A stretch of DNA of 63,426 nt, counting the filler, from Pseudogymnoascus verrucosus (Eukaryota): NCBI GenBank assembly GCA_001662655.1. It is 12 parts of 12 records of this genome, joined end to end, with 100 filler letters (N's around TTAATTAATTAA, not from the genome) between each part and the next. Parts side by side here need not be neighbours in the genome. Positions count along the whole stretch, not along the records: positions 21,484 to 27,956 come from KV460318.1; positions 28,057 to 34,470 come from KV460319.1; positions 34,571 to 40,553 come from KV460320.1; 9 more parts are not named here. One strand, 5' to 3'. Below, one piece after another: positions 25,688-38,867 of the stretch; the first letter of the stretch is position 1, and every line of letters begins with the position of its first letter. A program made the position numbers and the translations under genes. Under the pieces are notes generated by a model. That model made no database searches and had not been told where the DNA came from. It was given only the letters and a program-made list of their open reading frames with translations.

Positions 25688-27288
25688 ACCAATAAGTTAG
25701 CAAAGGCTACGAACAGGTGGATTATTTTTGATCGATTCTGCCTGAGCAGGCTGGCAAGCCATCAACGACGCGATATAAACGCATTCTTCTAAAGTTTGCT
25801 TTGGCTGGTACCATAGATACCACTTCATCCATTACGCCGACCGCTTAAACTGTGTTCACATTTAGGAGGAGCAACCCTCCATCAAGATCACTTTGCTGCA
25901 AACGATCTCTTCAATCCTGTGTATGAAATCCCTAAGACCATATGTTTAAACGTCTCCTTGTTGTCCTTGAAATGATTGTAATACTTAGCATATGTGAGAT
26001 ATTCGCACGGGGCCACACGAACAAAACTCCGACACTTTTGCGATGATACTTACGAATTTGTTAGGATGGAAGATCTCTTTATGTTCATGACCACTATGTA
26101 TGAATTATAAACAGTAGCCCGTCACTATTTAGGTGGCTTAGTCCTTACCCTCGTTGAAGGTCATCGGAGCACAGCCAGAGTTGTACATCTTACCAGTGCC
26201 GGAATGGTTGTATCTTGAACATTGTAGTTGCTTTGAGTACCAGGGCCATAATTGTTGGCCGTGAAACCGGCTTCTTGAAAAAACATGCTCGGGCACAGAG
26301 GGTTAAACTAGAAGCTACTACACCGGAAATTGTAGGGGACCTACTTATAGATGATTTGTCTAACTCAAATTTTGGTACACTGAGTTGTATTATAGTAAAT
26401 ATTGATTTGAAGTTGCGAGACTCAGGTTTTGGTAACCATTACACCACTATGACCATTACGCCACCTCGAACGCTAACAATCGAGCCACTATACAGGAAAA
26501 AGGATTTGTAACAGGGGATGCGCGAGACCCTGTAAATCTATATCGTTATAATATTATAATCGAATGTTCTAGATAATGAAATCATAATGTTATTTAATAA
26601 GGAGATTGCGCCGACGCAACTCTCAATTCCATGCTAACAATACTTAGTCTGCGCGATACTAGCCCCAAGCACCGCGAATATGAAGACTAACTGAGGTTAC
26701 TCCCTCGTCGCCCGAAACGCAAGGGATCTTCGGCAGATCAATTGCCTATTTCAGGGGGGAAGATAGTAGCTAGTTTTCAGTAAGCGCTATTACTTTGACC
26801 TACATGAAAGCCGGCGGACAGCCTAGCGGGGCTCTAGCGGGTCTCCACTAGTTCCTTAGCGGAACCACTTTGTGCAAGGTCACCGCCCAGCCAGTGAATG
26901 TTGAGCCAAGACCCATTCGATTCTTGCGGGCGGGCGTCCAGGCGGACAGGCGGGACTGATAAGCCAAAACTCTTCATGCTCTTGCAAACTAGACAACCCG
27001 ACCCTCATCCCGAGCTCAGATTTACAGGGATTATTCCGCACGCTTGAAAGGTTTACTCGGGAACACGTGATACATGAACACATTGTCCTCACGTCATCCC
27101 GTGACAGAAGGTTCCTCCTAGTTTGTAGGTACTGTTTGATTGACATATCAACTCTCGCGCCTTTGACCAAAACCCAATGCGTAGGAACGCAAGCAAACAT
27201 GAGATAGCAGGAGGATGAGGATGGATAGATGTATTTAGTCCAGGGACTATATCTCTAAATCCTATCTTCCACCACCTCACGTAATTCA

Positions 27289-27956
27289 TCAAGGTTTCCT
27301 AATCCCCCTAAAAAAATCCAAAATCATCGGCGTAGCATCAATACTTACCGGCCCATCCCCATGCTTTATATTATCACTATTCTCCGTCGTCGACGGCCAA
27401 CTATGATCCATCCCATCTATATAGTACCCCGTCACAACCGCCGCGCCATTACACGTATACAGCCTCTCCTGCACCGTCTTATCGCCATTCAGCTGCGACA
27501 TAGCGGGCTTATAGTGCGCGGCGCACCCATTGCGCTGGCCCCAGGTATCGAGCCAATCTGGGATTTGCGGTAAGGGCCCCCCCGTTCCGTTGGTTGTGGG
27601 GCGGTAGGGGATCTGTGTGTTTGTCAGCCTTGTGCCACTATTTCACCTTAACGGACTCTCCCCCGCCCAAAAAGATGTAGTTTCTTTCTGGGGGTTGTTG
27701 TTGGATTCAACTTACAGTCCCATCAATCGACCCATGAAACTCGAGAATCGGAAACGGCGAACGGGAAGGATCACACTTATCACCAGGATCCTCAACAACA
27801 TCCGTATAAAACGCCCCCGAGCACGCAGCGATAGCCGCGAAATTCTTGCCATGCTCAGCGGAGCACGCGAGCGTGCCTGTGAAACCCCCTCCATTAGACT
27901 TGCCCGCGGCGTAGATGCGAGTGTCGTCGATGCAGAAATCGGCGCGGAGTTGGGTG
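27289..27956 (-). CDS. Alpha/beta-hydrolase, CE1 feruloyl esterase C/PHB-depolymerase-like; 5' end in gap
   Basis: FCIDDTRIYAAGKSNGGGF (GxSxG), PILEFHGSIDGT, intron 27715-27613, IPY, W..RNGC, GMDHSWPST, DATPMILDFF. Confidence 0.88.
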
Positions 27957-28056
27957 NNNNNNNNNNNNNNNNNNNNNNNNNNNNNNNNNNNNNNNNNNNN
28001 TTAATTAATTAANNNNNNNNNNNNNNNNNNNNNNNNNNNNNNNNNNNNNNNNNNNN

Positions 28057-31000
28057 GCTAAAGGGAATAGTTGGAATAGCAGACTCTCTGACTATTCTCA
28101 CTATTCCTACTAATCCAATCACGTGTACGTCCTGTAAGAGGTGCCACACTTATTGCAGGTACCGATTCCCATAGGTGCCCTTCTAAGGAGGCACCTTGCT
28201 CTACACAGGTGCCTTTCCTAATAGGCACCTTTCTTTTGCCGGGTACCTTCTAAGAAAGGTACCTTTTCCCAAAGGTGCCCTCATTAACTAAGCTACCTAC
28301 AATCTCTACGTCCATTTCCTACTGCCAATTAGCCGCAAGCTATTTTACCTTATTATTCTATCTTGCGGCATATAGGTTGCATGTTTCAGCCGTAACACTA
28401 GGTCCCCTCCCTCGAGGCCTAGTCCCGTAGGCCATTGCTAACTAAGAATCCACCAGCCTACTTAAGCGTGGTGGGTCCCCCATATTCGTAGGGTGGGCAA
28501 GGCCACGACCATGTCTTCCTCTAAACACTCAAAAATCAAAGAACGTAAACTGCTCGCTAACTGCATAACCCGCGAAGGGGTTAAAATGCCTTCCTGTTCC
28601 CGCTGCGAGAAACGAGGTCTCCGCTGCCTCGCTTCCGCATCCTCAAAACGATGTAATGAATGTGTTCGTTCGAATTCCCGCAACTATGATGTCTCTAGTC
28701 CCTCTACTAGTGACTGGCAGTCGCTATAGAAAGAAGAGGATCGTCTTCGACTCGAAACTCGCATGACTCGCGAGGCCGTGGCAACTGCCATAGCCCGTCT
28801 CAACTGCCTCGAGCAGCAGCAGGATCTCCTTAAGACCCGAGGTGCTAAGATGCTTTGCCGCGGTCTAAAGACCCTTGACGAACTAGAGGAGGTAGAAGAA
28901 CGTAAGCGGCAAGAAGCCGAAGCCCACGGTTACCTCGCCAGTCCTTCCGTAACTAACCCTAGGAGCGCTGTCCCTAAGCACGACTACCTGTCGGCCCTTT
29001 CCCCTAGGTTCTTCGATCGTTAGGGTGTCGACGGTAGAACTCCGCCAGCAACTCTAGGCAGCTGAGGTTTCCCCTCAACTCCCATAAGTTGTCCGTAGGT
29101 TCGTAACCTTTCCACTTTATCAAAAACTCTTCTCAGCGTCCTACTAACCTTTTGTCTAGGATTGCCTCGACCTCATATTCGATGATCTCATTTTCGGGTT
29201 GAAGTTCGGTATCTGTCGCAATCGGGGCATCCCCTCTTGCTAGTTCTAATAATGAGACATAAAACACTAGATAGAGTTTGGAGTTCTTAGGTAGCTGCAG
29301 CTTGTAATTAACTAAGCTAACTTCCTCTAATATCTTAAATGGTCCTAATTTCTTGAAGTCCAACTTCGTACTTAGTCGTTTCGTTTTGATGTGTTTTTAG
29401 AGTAGGTATACTTTATCCCCCTCCTTAAAGGCAGGTTCCATACTACGCTTTCTGTTTGCATATGCAGCGGATCGTTCATTTAAGAACTAGATGTCCGTCG
29501 CAAGTTGTTTCTAGAAGGAGAGTATCTTCGATACTTCTAACGTTCCTTCCTTAGAACGAAATTTATCCGGTCTCGGCGTCTTGTACGCCTCTAGTTGCCA
29601 TCCGTTGTTAGCAAAGAATGGTAAGACCTTTGTCACCTCTAATGGTGCCGAGTTATATGCGAATTCTGCTAAATGTAGGTACTGAACCCAGTTGTCCTAT
29701 TCAGTGTTAACGTAGCTTTACAAATATGCTTCTAACGTTTAGTTAGTTCGTTCTGTCTGTCTATCCGTCTGCGGATGAAAGGCTGTGGACAGCTTATGGT
29801 TTGTTCCGAGCTGCGCCATGACTGTCTGCCAGAATTTGGATGTAAAGAGCTTGTCTCGATCCGAAATTATCTCGTCTAGTAGTCTATGCGCTACGACGAT
29901 GACTTTTAGAAAGATATATGCTAACGCCTTCACGTCTAACGCTTCTTTAAACGGCGTAAAGTGTGCTTCCTTCGTAAGTCGGCAGTTAGAGACCATAATA
30001 GAGTCTGCAACAAACCCTGTCATTAGTTCTTTCAATAATGGCAACTTAACAATGAAGTCAATTGCTATCGAGGACTATGCTCGTCCTAGTATTAGTGGTG
30101 ACTTCAAAAGTCCATATGGTGCGTGTCTATTTGCTTTTGACTTCTAGCAAATGTCGCATCCTAACACAATTGTTTCTACCTACTTCCTTAAACCTAGGAA
30201 GTAGTAGTGTTGTGCGATTCGTTCAAAGGTTCGTGTTACTCCCTAATAGCCGTGTGCTAGCAACGAGTGTTGTTCTTACACTAGCGGGCGTCTCATTTAA
30301 CTTAGGACATACACTAACCCTTTGAATCGAATCAACCCTTGTTCGTCGATGGAGAAGTTTCCTTCGACCTTGTTTAAGGTTCGCTTCGCTATTTCGTCTG
30401 TTGCGTAAGCGTTCTTGAGTCTCTGCTCAAGTTCCGTGTCTTCTACGATGGCGATCGTGGCTAGCAGTTCGTTGTATTGCATTCCTACGTCTGTCTTCTT
30501 TAATATTGCTCTAGGTCTTTCTTCCTTCGGGCCGATGTAGTCGGTCCTTCTGCTAAGAGCATCTGCTCTCGCATTCTCAGAGCCCTTGCGGTAGGTTATC
30601 GTGAAGTTGTAGGCTGCGAGGGTTTCTGCCTAGCAGACTTGTCTACGGTTCAAAACCTTAGTCGTAGTGAAGTATATGAGGTTCTTGTGATCTGTCCACA
30701 CTTGCACAGTGTGGGTAGATCCCTTAAGATATACGCGCCACTACTCAAAGGCAACGACAATAGCTAGTAGCTCCTTGTCGTGGATGTCATAGTTAAGCTC
30801 CGCGGGTAACAGTTTCCTAGAGTAGTACGCAATTGGTTTGAACTTACCGTTCTCGTCTAGTTGGTTTAGACATGCTCCAATCGCGAAGTTAGAAGAGTCC
30901 GTCTCGAGGATGATCTTCTTTGCAGGGTCAAATGTAGCAAGGATGGGTGCCTCCGTAAACTTTGTCTTAAGTTCCTAGAAGGCAGCCTCTGCTTTTTCTG

Positions 31001-34000
31001 TCCATTCGAACGCGAGATCTTTCCTAGTGAGCTCCGTGAGTAGTTGAGCTACCTTAGAATATCCTATAATGAATCGACGGTAGAAGTTAGCAAAGCCTAA
31101 AAAGGCTTGTACTTCCTTGACTGTGGTTGGTGTTGGCCATTCCAACACTGCCGTGACCTTTGCTTAGTCCATCTTAATGCCGTGCGTTCCGATAATGTAG
31201 CCCAAGAATTCGACTTAGTTCTTATAGAACTCACATTTCTCTAGCTTCAACAGTAGGTTGTATTCCTTCAGCTTCTAGAGGACAAGCTTAACGTGCCAAG
31301 CATGTTCGTCCCTGTTTGCTAAGTATACTAGTATATCGTCTAAGTAAACGATGGTGAATATGTCTAGATATTCATACAAGGCATCATTCATCAAGCGTTG
31401 CATGGATGCAGGGGCGTTGGTCAGCCTAAAGGGCATGACTTGATATTCGAATAGGCCATAGCGGGTGCGGAATGCTGTTTTCCACTCCTTGCTGTCAGCT
31501 ATCTAGATCAGGTTGTACGCGCTGCGTAGATCTAGCTTAGTGAAGATCTTAGCTCCTTAGAATCTATCGTGTAACTCATTAATTAACGGTAAGGCGTATC
31601 GATCCTTTATCGTTATATTGTTTAATGCTCGATAGTCTACGCATAGTCGTTTGCTCCCATCCTTCTTAGGAACCTATAACATCGGGCTTCCCGCAGGAGA
31701 TTTAGAGGGTCTAATAAATCCCTTCTTAAGATTATCGTCGATATATTCCTTCAGCAGTTTTAGCTCGTCTGCTAACATCTAGTATATTAGTCCGAACGGT
31801 GGACTCTTTCCTTCTTCTAAAGGTATCACATAATCCTATAGTTAGTGCTTAGGAAGCGCCTCGTTCTTAGGGCCTTCCTAGAATAGCTGCTCGTATTCCT
31901 TATACTCTACCGGTATACTCGTCAGTAAGGGTGCCTAGGCTAGGTCACTAGGCTCTATGGAGGTCGCACACACCTCGCGTCGGCCCTAGGAGGGTTTCTC
32001 CCGTTGTGGCGTGTCCGTTCGTTGTTCACACGCGCACTAGCTCATTACAATTTTCTCGTTCTACCAGTCGATCTAGGGGTTGTGTTTCCTAAGCCACAGC
32101 ACACTAAGGATACATACATAGTTGTCTATGTGTACGATATTAAATTAGATCGTTTCCTTGTGTCTACGTAGCATAACCATTTCTAATAGGGCCGTCTTGT
32201 AGGTCACCATCCCTTTGTTAGTTAAGATGGGCTCTCTATCTACTACCATTAACGGGTAAGGATCGGTTTTCAATTGCGTCTTAAAACCTTAAGTGTCTGC
32301 TACTTTCTTTGTCATAAAGTTGCCCGTTGCTCCTAAGTCAATCATGGCTCGGAGGTGTCGCTGTTGTATCTTAGCAACCACATATAGTTGCATGCTGCCT
32401 TCCGTAGCGCACAGCTACTTTGTACTAGGCCTCTCCTTGTCACTCGCCGGTGGCCTACCGTCGAGGACTCCTAGTTTTTTGACTCGTCCGAGGAGTAATA
32501 GTGATGTTCATCATCCTCTATAGGCGGTCCTTAGGAAGATTGTCCTTCCCATCCTTCTGCTTCATCTAGTAGGTGCAGGTATTTCTCGTATACCTATTGT
32601 TGTTTCTTCAACGGTAGTTCTCCTTTAGACTAACTTCGTCTAAGGGCATGAATTTAGTCTATATCTGTAAAGTAGACCTAAGGTGCGATTTTCGGAAATA
32701 GTCGATACTAGGTCTTTTCCCGTAAGTGACTCTCGCAGTCATCGTACTTGCAGTGTTCCTAGAATATATATAGGTGCTAGGGGTGATCAATCCTTAATGC
32801 ATCCAACTTTGTCAATTCCTGTTCCTCCTTTGTCTTGCCCGCGAGCTCGGATTTCTCTATGGTTACACGTAACCTTTCTACGTCTCCATCGATGGGTTCG
32901 TAGTCCATAGCAGCTTAGTCTACTCGCAGTTCCTAGGGTTCAGGTCCCTAAGTGTCTTCCTGCTGTTCGTCTTGCGCGTCATATTCCGCAAGCTTGTATT
33001 TCAACCACATAGTAGCTTCCTCAGAGGTGTGGTTCGCTCCTCGGGGCTCCCTTCCTCGTAGGTACCTAGGGCGGCACCTCATGGCGCGAACTGCGACTTC
33101 CCAGTCTTGTCAAGTGCCCATCCATCCCGTTAGGGGTAGTAGTACGGGAATCGCTCTTAGAGTTCCTTGTCGAAGCATAGTCTGTCTGTAGACGTCGACC
33201 ACTCCTAGTAGATTCTCCTTAAATGCGATCTCCTTCACGTCTTCTTCAAACTCCTTTAGCCGGAGTTTCTAGGATTCCGTTAATCCCCTGTTTAGGAGTT
33301 CGTTCTCCTTCTTAAGTAATGCGTCGAAGTTGTTAAGATCTTCGTCGCCCGAGCTCTCTTCTTCTAGGGTGCTATCGCCCGTAATCCCCTAGTTGGGTTT
33401 GTTCACAAACGTAGCGTTTAACTGCCCCTTCTAAGTGGCGTTAAGTTGTCTCCTAAATTTCTTATGTCCTCCGTTCCCTTTCTTAGGTTGCTTGTAGTCT
33501 CAGGCCATGTAGCCCAGCTTGTTGCAATTAAAACACAACCGTTCCTTAAGCTGTCGCTCTTTGTTTAGGTTACGGGGTCTCCTACTAGGCTTGAACGTAG
33601 CGTCGAGCTCTATAGGCTAAGGCTAATGACTCTTCTAAGTTCTCCGCTTCTAGGTCCATTGGTAGCTAGTTGTTCCTCCCTTCCTTTCGAGTTAGCGTTC
33701 GTAGTAACGATTGTCGATCTTCTAGGCTATCTCAATTAATTCTTTAAGGTCATCTAGTTTGTCCGACCAGGAGATTTCGTCCTTTACATAATCCTTCAGC
33801 CCCTTATAGTATCGGTCGCATATAGCCTCGTCTCCCTAACTAGTAAGGGGGGCATGCTGCTAGAACTCAGCAGTATATGTAACTGCCGACCCCCTCTACT
33901 TAAGGGCCTCGAGGGCTCGCACTACGTTTCTTCTTTCGTTAACGTCCCCGAAGTTCGCCTTGAGTTGCTTAACGAAGCTAGCCTAAGTGATGAAGATATC

Positions 34001-34470
34001 CTTAGTGCCTTAGTTAGCCGTCGTAGTAACTCTTCCGTCAGCTGCTCAGTAGCTTATGTAGTCTGTCAGGTAATTAGCAATCTAGTCGGAGGCTGAGCCC
34101 CTTAGGAGGGCCACTGCCCATAGGACTTACTGTACTTCAAAGGCGAAGTGCTTAGCGTTAAAGGCCATCTAGAGTTCCGTCTAGATGAGGAAGCTCTTAA
34201 GCTTCTTACGGTCCCCATTGAAGGTGTCTAGGAATGCAATCTTAAGTTTGTCTAAGGGGTGTGGTCCCCTAGGCGCAGGCGTAGTAGTAGGTAATAGGAC
34301 AGGCTCGACAGCTGCCTTGCCCTTCGACCCCACGTTAGATGCTGAATCGTTTCTAGCCATGTTGCTTTGTGTATAAGCCGGTACCTCATAGAAGTGGTGC
34401 TTAAAGTGTAACGCTAGGTCTTAAACTATAAGACTTACAGAGGTTTCGTTACGTTGGTTTACTTAACAGA
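28057..34470 (-). mobile_element. Ty3/Gypsy LTR retrotransposon, copy 3 (least RIPped; same subfamily as copy 1)
   Basis: 3' LTR to 28397; 5' LTR from 34407; gag ATG at 34360; chromodomain YEVEAILDKR in ORF 29133-29363. Confidence 0.96.
28511..29065 (+). pseudogene. Antisense Zn2Cys6-like/coiled-coil ORF (184 codons) in retrotransposon copy 3
   Basis: ORFs 28493-28729 and 28763-29023 are in one frame. They are broken by TAG at 28727 (CAG in copies 1 and 2) and TAG at 29021 (plausibly TGG before RIP). Confidence 0.75.
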
Positions 34471-34570
34471 NNNNNNNNNNNNNNNNNNNNNNNNNNNNNN
34501 NNNNNNNNNNNNNNTTAATTAATTAANNNNNNNNNNNNNNNNNNNNNNNNNNNNNNNNNNNNNNNNNNNN

Positions 34571-35772
34571 TGTAAGGTGTTGCTTTAAGGGCCTAAAAAT
34601 CGAAATATTAAGTGGCTGTAGAACATGAGATGTATAAGGAGGTAGTATAAGGAGTGATATTCGATTTTGAATGTAGTGTGATATAAAGCTTCTACTTATA
34701 TGGCTATCGTGGCCATCGCAAATTAGGAGCCGTTGCTGTAGTCGTCCATTTTGTGTTGCTTTTGCTCTTGTAGAGGGCTCAAAAACGCGTTTTAGCCACT
34801 CTAATCCATGAAGATTGCTTGTCCATCCTTTTGTATTTGCAGAGAAGTGCCATTTTTGTATAACGTCCTTTGGAATCCAGCTCTGTAGTATATTCTGTCC
34901 TTTGAAAATAATAAGGGGCTCAATAGCTGTTCCGTCCATACAGATGCACTCAACTGCAGAGACCCATTCCTGCCTTCCTGGATGTGCTTGAAATCGCGTA
35001 CGGAGTGTAGAATCGACTATAATTCGTGTAGATTGCATAGTTCCAATTGAAAATCCAGTCTCGTCCATGTTATAGGTGTTGTGTGTTTCAATTTTTAGCT
35101 CTGTTATAAGGCTCTTATACGCGTCAAACCACCCCTTCAACACCTGCTTTGTGACCCCATTCATCCTCTGTGCCTCAACTCTACGTCCTAACTTAACACG
35201 TAAGTTAGGATGCCTTTGAATGAATCGTGGAACCCAATCTTGCCCAAGAGGTAACTTAGGTATTTGAGGTTGAGGTTGTTGAGGTTGTTGAGGTTGTTGT
35301 GTTTGTTGTTGCTGTTGTTGTAGTTGAGGCTGAAAAACGCGACACTTATTTGATCGGACTTCATCTGCAACCTCACGTAATATCCGATGGCTAGGAGCGT
35401 AGCCGCTTATAGTAAGCTCTTTAATCCACTTTAAGAGGACAATTTCTTGGTTTTTTGATAGTAGCTGTTGTTTTTGACGCGCTTCTACTCGTGTATGCCC
35501 TCCATTTATGCGACGCCGGAGCGACTCAAATGGTAGTCCTAGTGCCTTTGCAGCTGCATAAATTGATTTATATTGATTTGATTTAACAGCTAATACTGCT
35601 TTCTATATTTCATTTTCGTGTTCTAGAGCCTTTATACTCCTTTTTCGGGTCATTCTACTATAGTAGAGGTGGTTATAGTCAGCTAGTTTATTGTAGTTGC
35701 TTAGTTTGATGGGGTGGCCTCAACCCCACTATACCCATTACGCCATTATACCCATTACGCCACGACTTACGT
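34571..35772 (-). mobile_element. Fot1/pogo-like transposon 5' portion
   Basis: TIR with CGTAATGGGTATA core; ATG at 35653 (MTRKRSIKA...); DDE-domain ORF 34523-35164. Confidence 0.92.
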
Positions 35773-35902
35773 TACATAATAACCTAGAACATAACGTAGG
35801 TCATGGTGTAACCGGCTACATGGTGTAACTAGCTATTTTGCCCACCCTACTAAAATCTAGGACTAAACCACTAAACCACCAAATTGTCAAACCAACCTAA
35901 TA

Positions 35903-38333
35903 ACGTAGGTCGTGGCCATACCGGGACCATGGCCATACCGGGATTGTGGGGTAGCGACCCCATCAAAAGTATGAGGAGCAGCTTTAAGAAAAATCAACTT
36001 CAACTAACTTATTAATTACTCTATTAATATAGTGCGTAAGCGTAGCTTGAAGACTCAAGAACGTGATAAACTTATACTTAAAGCTATAGCTGGAGTTAAA
36101 TCTGGTTTATATAAATCAGCAAATGATGCTGCAAAGGCCTTACAACTTAGGCCGGATACAGTCCTTGACTATATTAAAGGGCGACGCACCTCATATAAAC
36201 ACGCACACTTAAAGCATCAATTACTATCTTAAACTCAAGAAAAAACACTTTTAAAGTGGATAAAAGAGCTTACAAATAGTAGTTACGCTCCTAGCCATTA
36301 GATATTACAGGAGGTTGTAGATGAAGTCCAGTCAAATAAGTGTCGCGTTTTTCAGCCTCAACAACAATACCTACAACAACAACAACAACAACAACAAACT
36401 CAACAACCTCAAACTCAACAACCTTAAATACCATAGTTACCTCTTAGGCTAGATTAGGTTCTGCGATTCATTCAAAGGCATCCTAACTTACGTGTTAAGT
36501 TAGGACATAGAGTTGAGGCACAGAGGATGAATAGGGTGACAAAAGAGGTGTTAAAGGGGTAGTTTGAGACGTATAAGAGCCTTATAACAGAGCTAAAAAT
36601 CGAAAACTACAATACCTATAACATAGACGAGACTAGATTTTCAATTAGAACTATGCAATCTACACGAATTATAGTCAACTCTACACTCTGTACGCGATTT
36701 TAGGCTCATCCTAGCTAGTAGGAATAGGTGTCTGCTGTTGAATGCATTTGCATAGACAGAACAGCTATCGACCCCCTTATTATTTTTAAAGGACAGAACA
36801 TACTATAGAGCTGGATTCTAAAGGAGGTTATATAAAAATAGCACTTCTCTGCAAATACAAAAGGATGGACAGGCAATCTTTATAGATTAGAGTAGTTAAA
36901 ACGCGTTTTTAAGCCCTTTATAAGAGCAAAAGCAACCCTTAAGTGGAAGCTTTATATCATACTGTATTTAAAATCGAATATCGCTCCTTATACTACCTCC
37001 TTATACATCTCATATTCTACAACCACTTAATGTTGCAATTTTTAGGCCTCTAAAGCAACACCTTACAACTGCTCTATTGCACCTAAATGAAGCGCAACTC
37101 CTACAAATACATAAAGTAGAGTGGCTTAAAGCATATATTACTACAAGAGCAGCTGCTTTTTCAAATGCAAATATTAATTCTGCATAGAGAGGGAGTGGCC
37201 TACAGCCATTTCAACTACAAACAGTCATTTGAGCAGCTACACTTCCTACTATAACGTAAGTCATGGTGTAAGCGGCGATCTGGCGTAAGCGGCGATAAGT
37301 ACCCTTACATATAAATTTATATGCAAAGATACTTACGCTTCCAAAAATAAAAACATTAATAACTCTATTAATAAAAATCGCTAAGCTTAGCTGTGTGGTA
37401 TTTAGATTCTATATATACACTTCTATAATATATCAAAAGACTAGTATTGCTAGTGTCGTTATTGTGGTTCTATTAATAGGAGAAGATTGCTTATATAAAT
37501 ATTTGTATAAGTAAGACTTAACCCTTAAATTAGCGTTGCAAAAAGACACTAGTAATACTAGCGTTTTTATGTTAAGTAAAGGCCTATATATAGAACCTAA
37601 ATATCAAACAGCTAAGCCTAATAATTTTTATCCATAGAGCTATTTAAGTTTTTAGTTTCGGATGTAGAAGTACCTTTGCCTACAAATTTATATGTAAGGG
37701 TACTTATCGCCGCTTACGCCAGATCGCCGCTTACACCATGACTTAACTTACGTTAGACGTTATAGTAGAACGGCCACATACTCCTATAGAGCATGATATT
37801 TTTAAGAAGGTATTCTTAAACAGCAGTCCACCTGATTTTCAAACACTTCACAAAGCAAATATAGTGCTCTCTACAGCCTTAAATCAAGGTATTTTAAATA
37901 CTCCTACAAAGCAATATATTAATAAGTTAGCAGATGAGTCAGAACGCCTTAATATACGCAACACCCTTCAAAAAAGAGAGTGTGATAACTTACGCTCAAT
38001 TATCCAGAAGCGTAGGACACAGAATAAGGGTAAAAGAGCTATTTTAAAGGGTCAATTCCACATCTCAACAGAGGAGTTACAGTCGCAAGTTATAGAAGCA
38101 GAAGCAGCAACAGCTGCAGCTTCACAGAGGCGTAGAACAACACCACAACCTACCTCAATAGTTAACTTAACTAATAGTGTGAGTGAAGAAGAGAGCGAGG
38201 AGAGCGAAGATAATGATATAGATGAATTAGGGTGGTAGTGATTGAATTATTGCGATTTTTTGAAGCTTTTAATAGGGTAGCCAACCCCACTAGGGACTTT
38301 ACGCCATTAGGGACTTTACGCCATGACTTACGT
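35903..38333 (+). mobile_element. Near full-length RIPped pogo-like transposon with non-matching TIR cores and a MITE insertion
   Basis: Left TIR core CCATACCGGGACC, right core CGTAAAGTCCCTA. Collinear transposase with a small deletion near 36938. It directly follows another TIR end starting at 35794. Confidence 0.88.
37254..37753. mobile_element. MITE (500 bp)
   Basis: TIRs TGTAAGCGGCGATC, TA duplication, and host transposase contiguous on both sides. Confidence 0.93.
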
Positions 38334-38867
38334 TATAGCTACGTGTCCTAGGTTATCATGTGTTATTGTTATGTTGTTGTGTAGTATTGTATACATGTTG
38401 TTTATTTACACGTGACATTCTAATCATGTATGTGTATTACCACTCTAACAACACCCTTCATTAGCCCCTTAAACTTTAGTATAAGAAAGTAGTTATAGAT
38501 CTATGTGGCCATTATCTTTATATGCTATTATTATTATTATTTATTACTTGTTACTACTTATAAAAGTGGTTTTCTTAATACTATTTACATAAAGTCGTAG
38601 GAACTTCCTTATTTATATAAAGTATTACTTATGTTAGAGTAGTAATGCAGGTAAAAGGAATGTCACGTGTAAACAAACAAATAAATACTCACATAATAAC
38701 TAAGAACGCATGTAGTAACTAATAACTAACGTAGGTCGTGGCCATACCGACTCAATGGCCATACCGACTCAATTGCCGACCCCACCAAAATCTAGAACTT
38801 AAACACTATACTAAAACCAAACTACTACTATTACTAAACACTACTATTATGGTAAAACGGAAGAGTA

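Noticed and set aside
26215..26511. 98-aa ORF with a non-ATG start
   Set aside because: It runs through the relic TIR-like repeat and shows no protein-family signal.
26690..26735. CTGAG...GAAAC segment resembling a hammerhead ribozyme core
   Set aside because: It lacks the CUGANGA consensus and convincing flanking stems.
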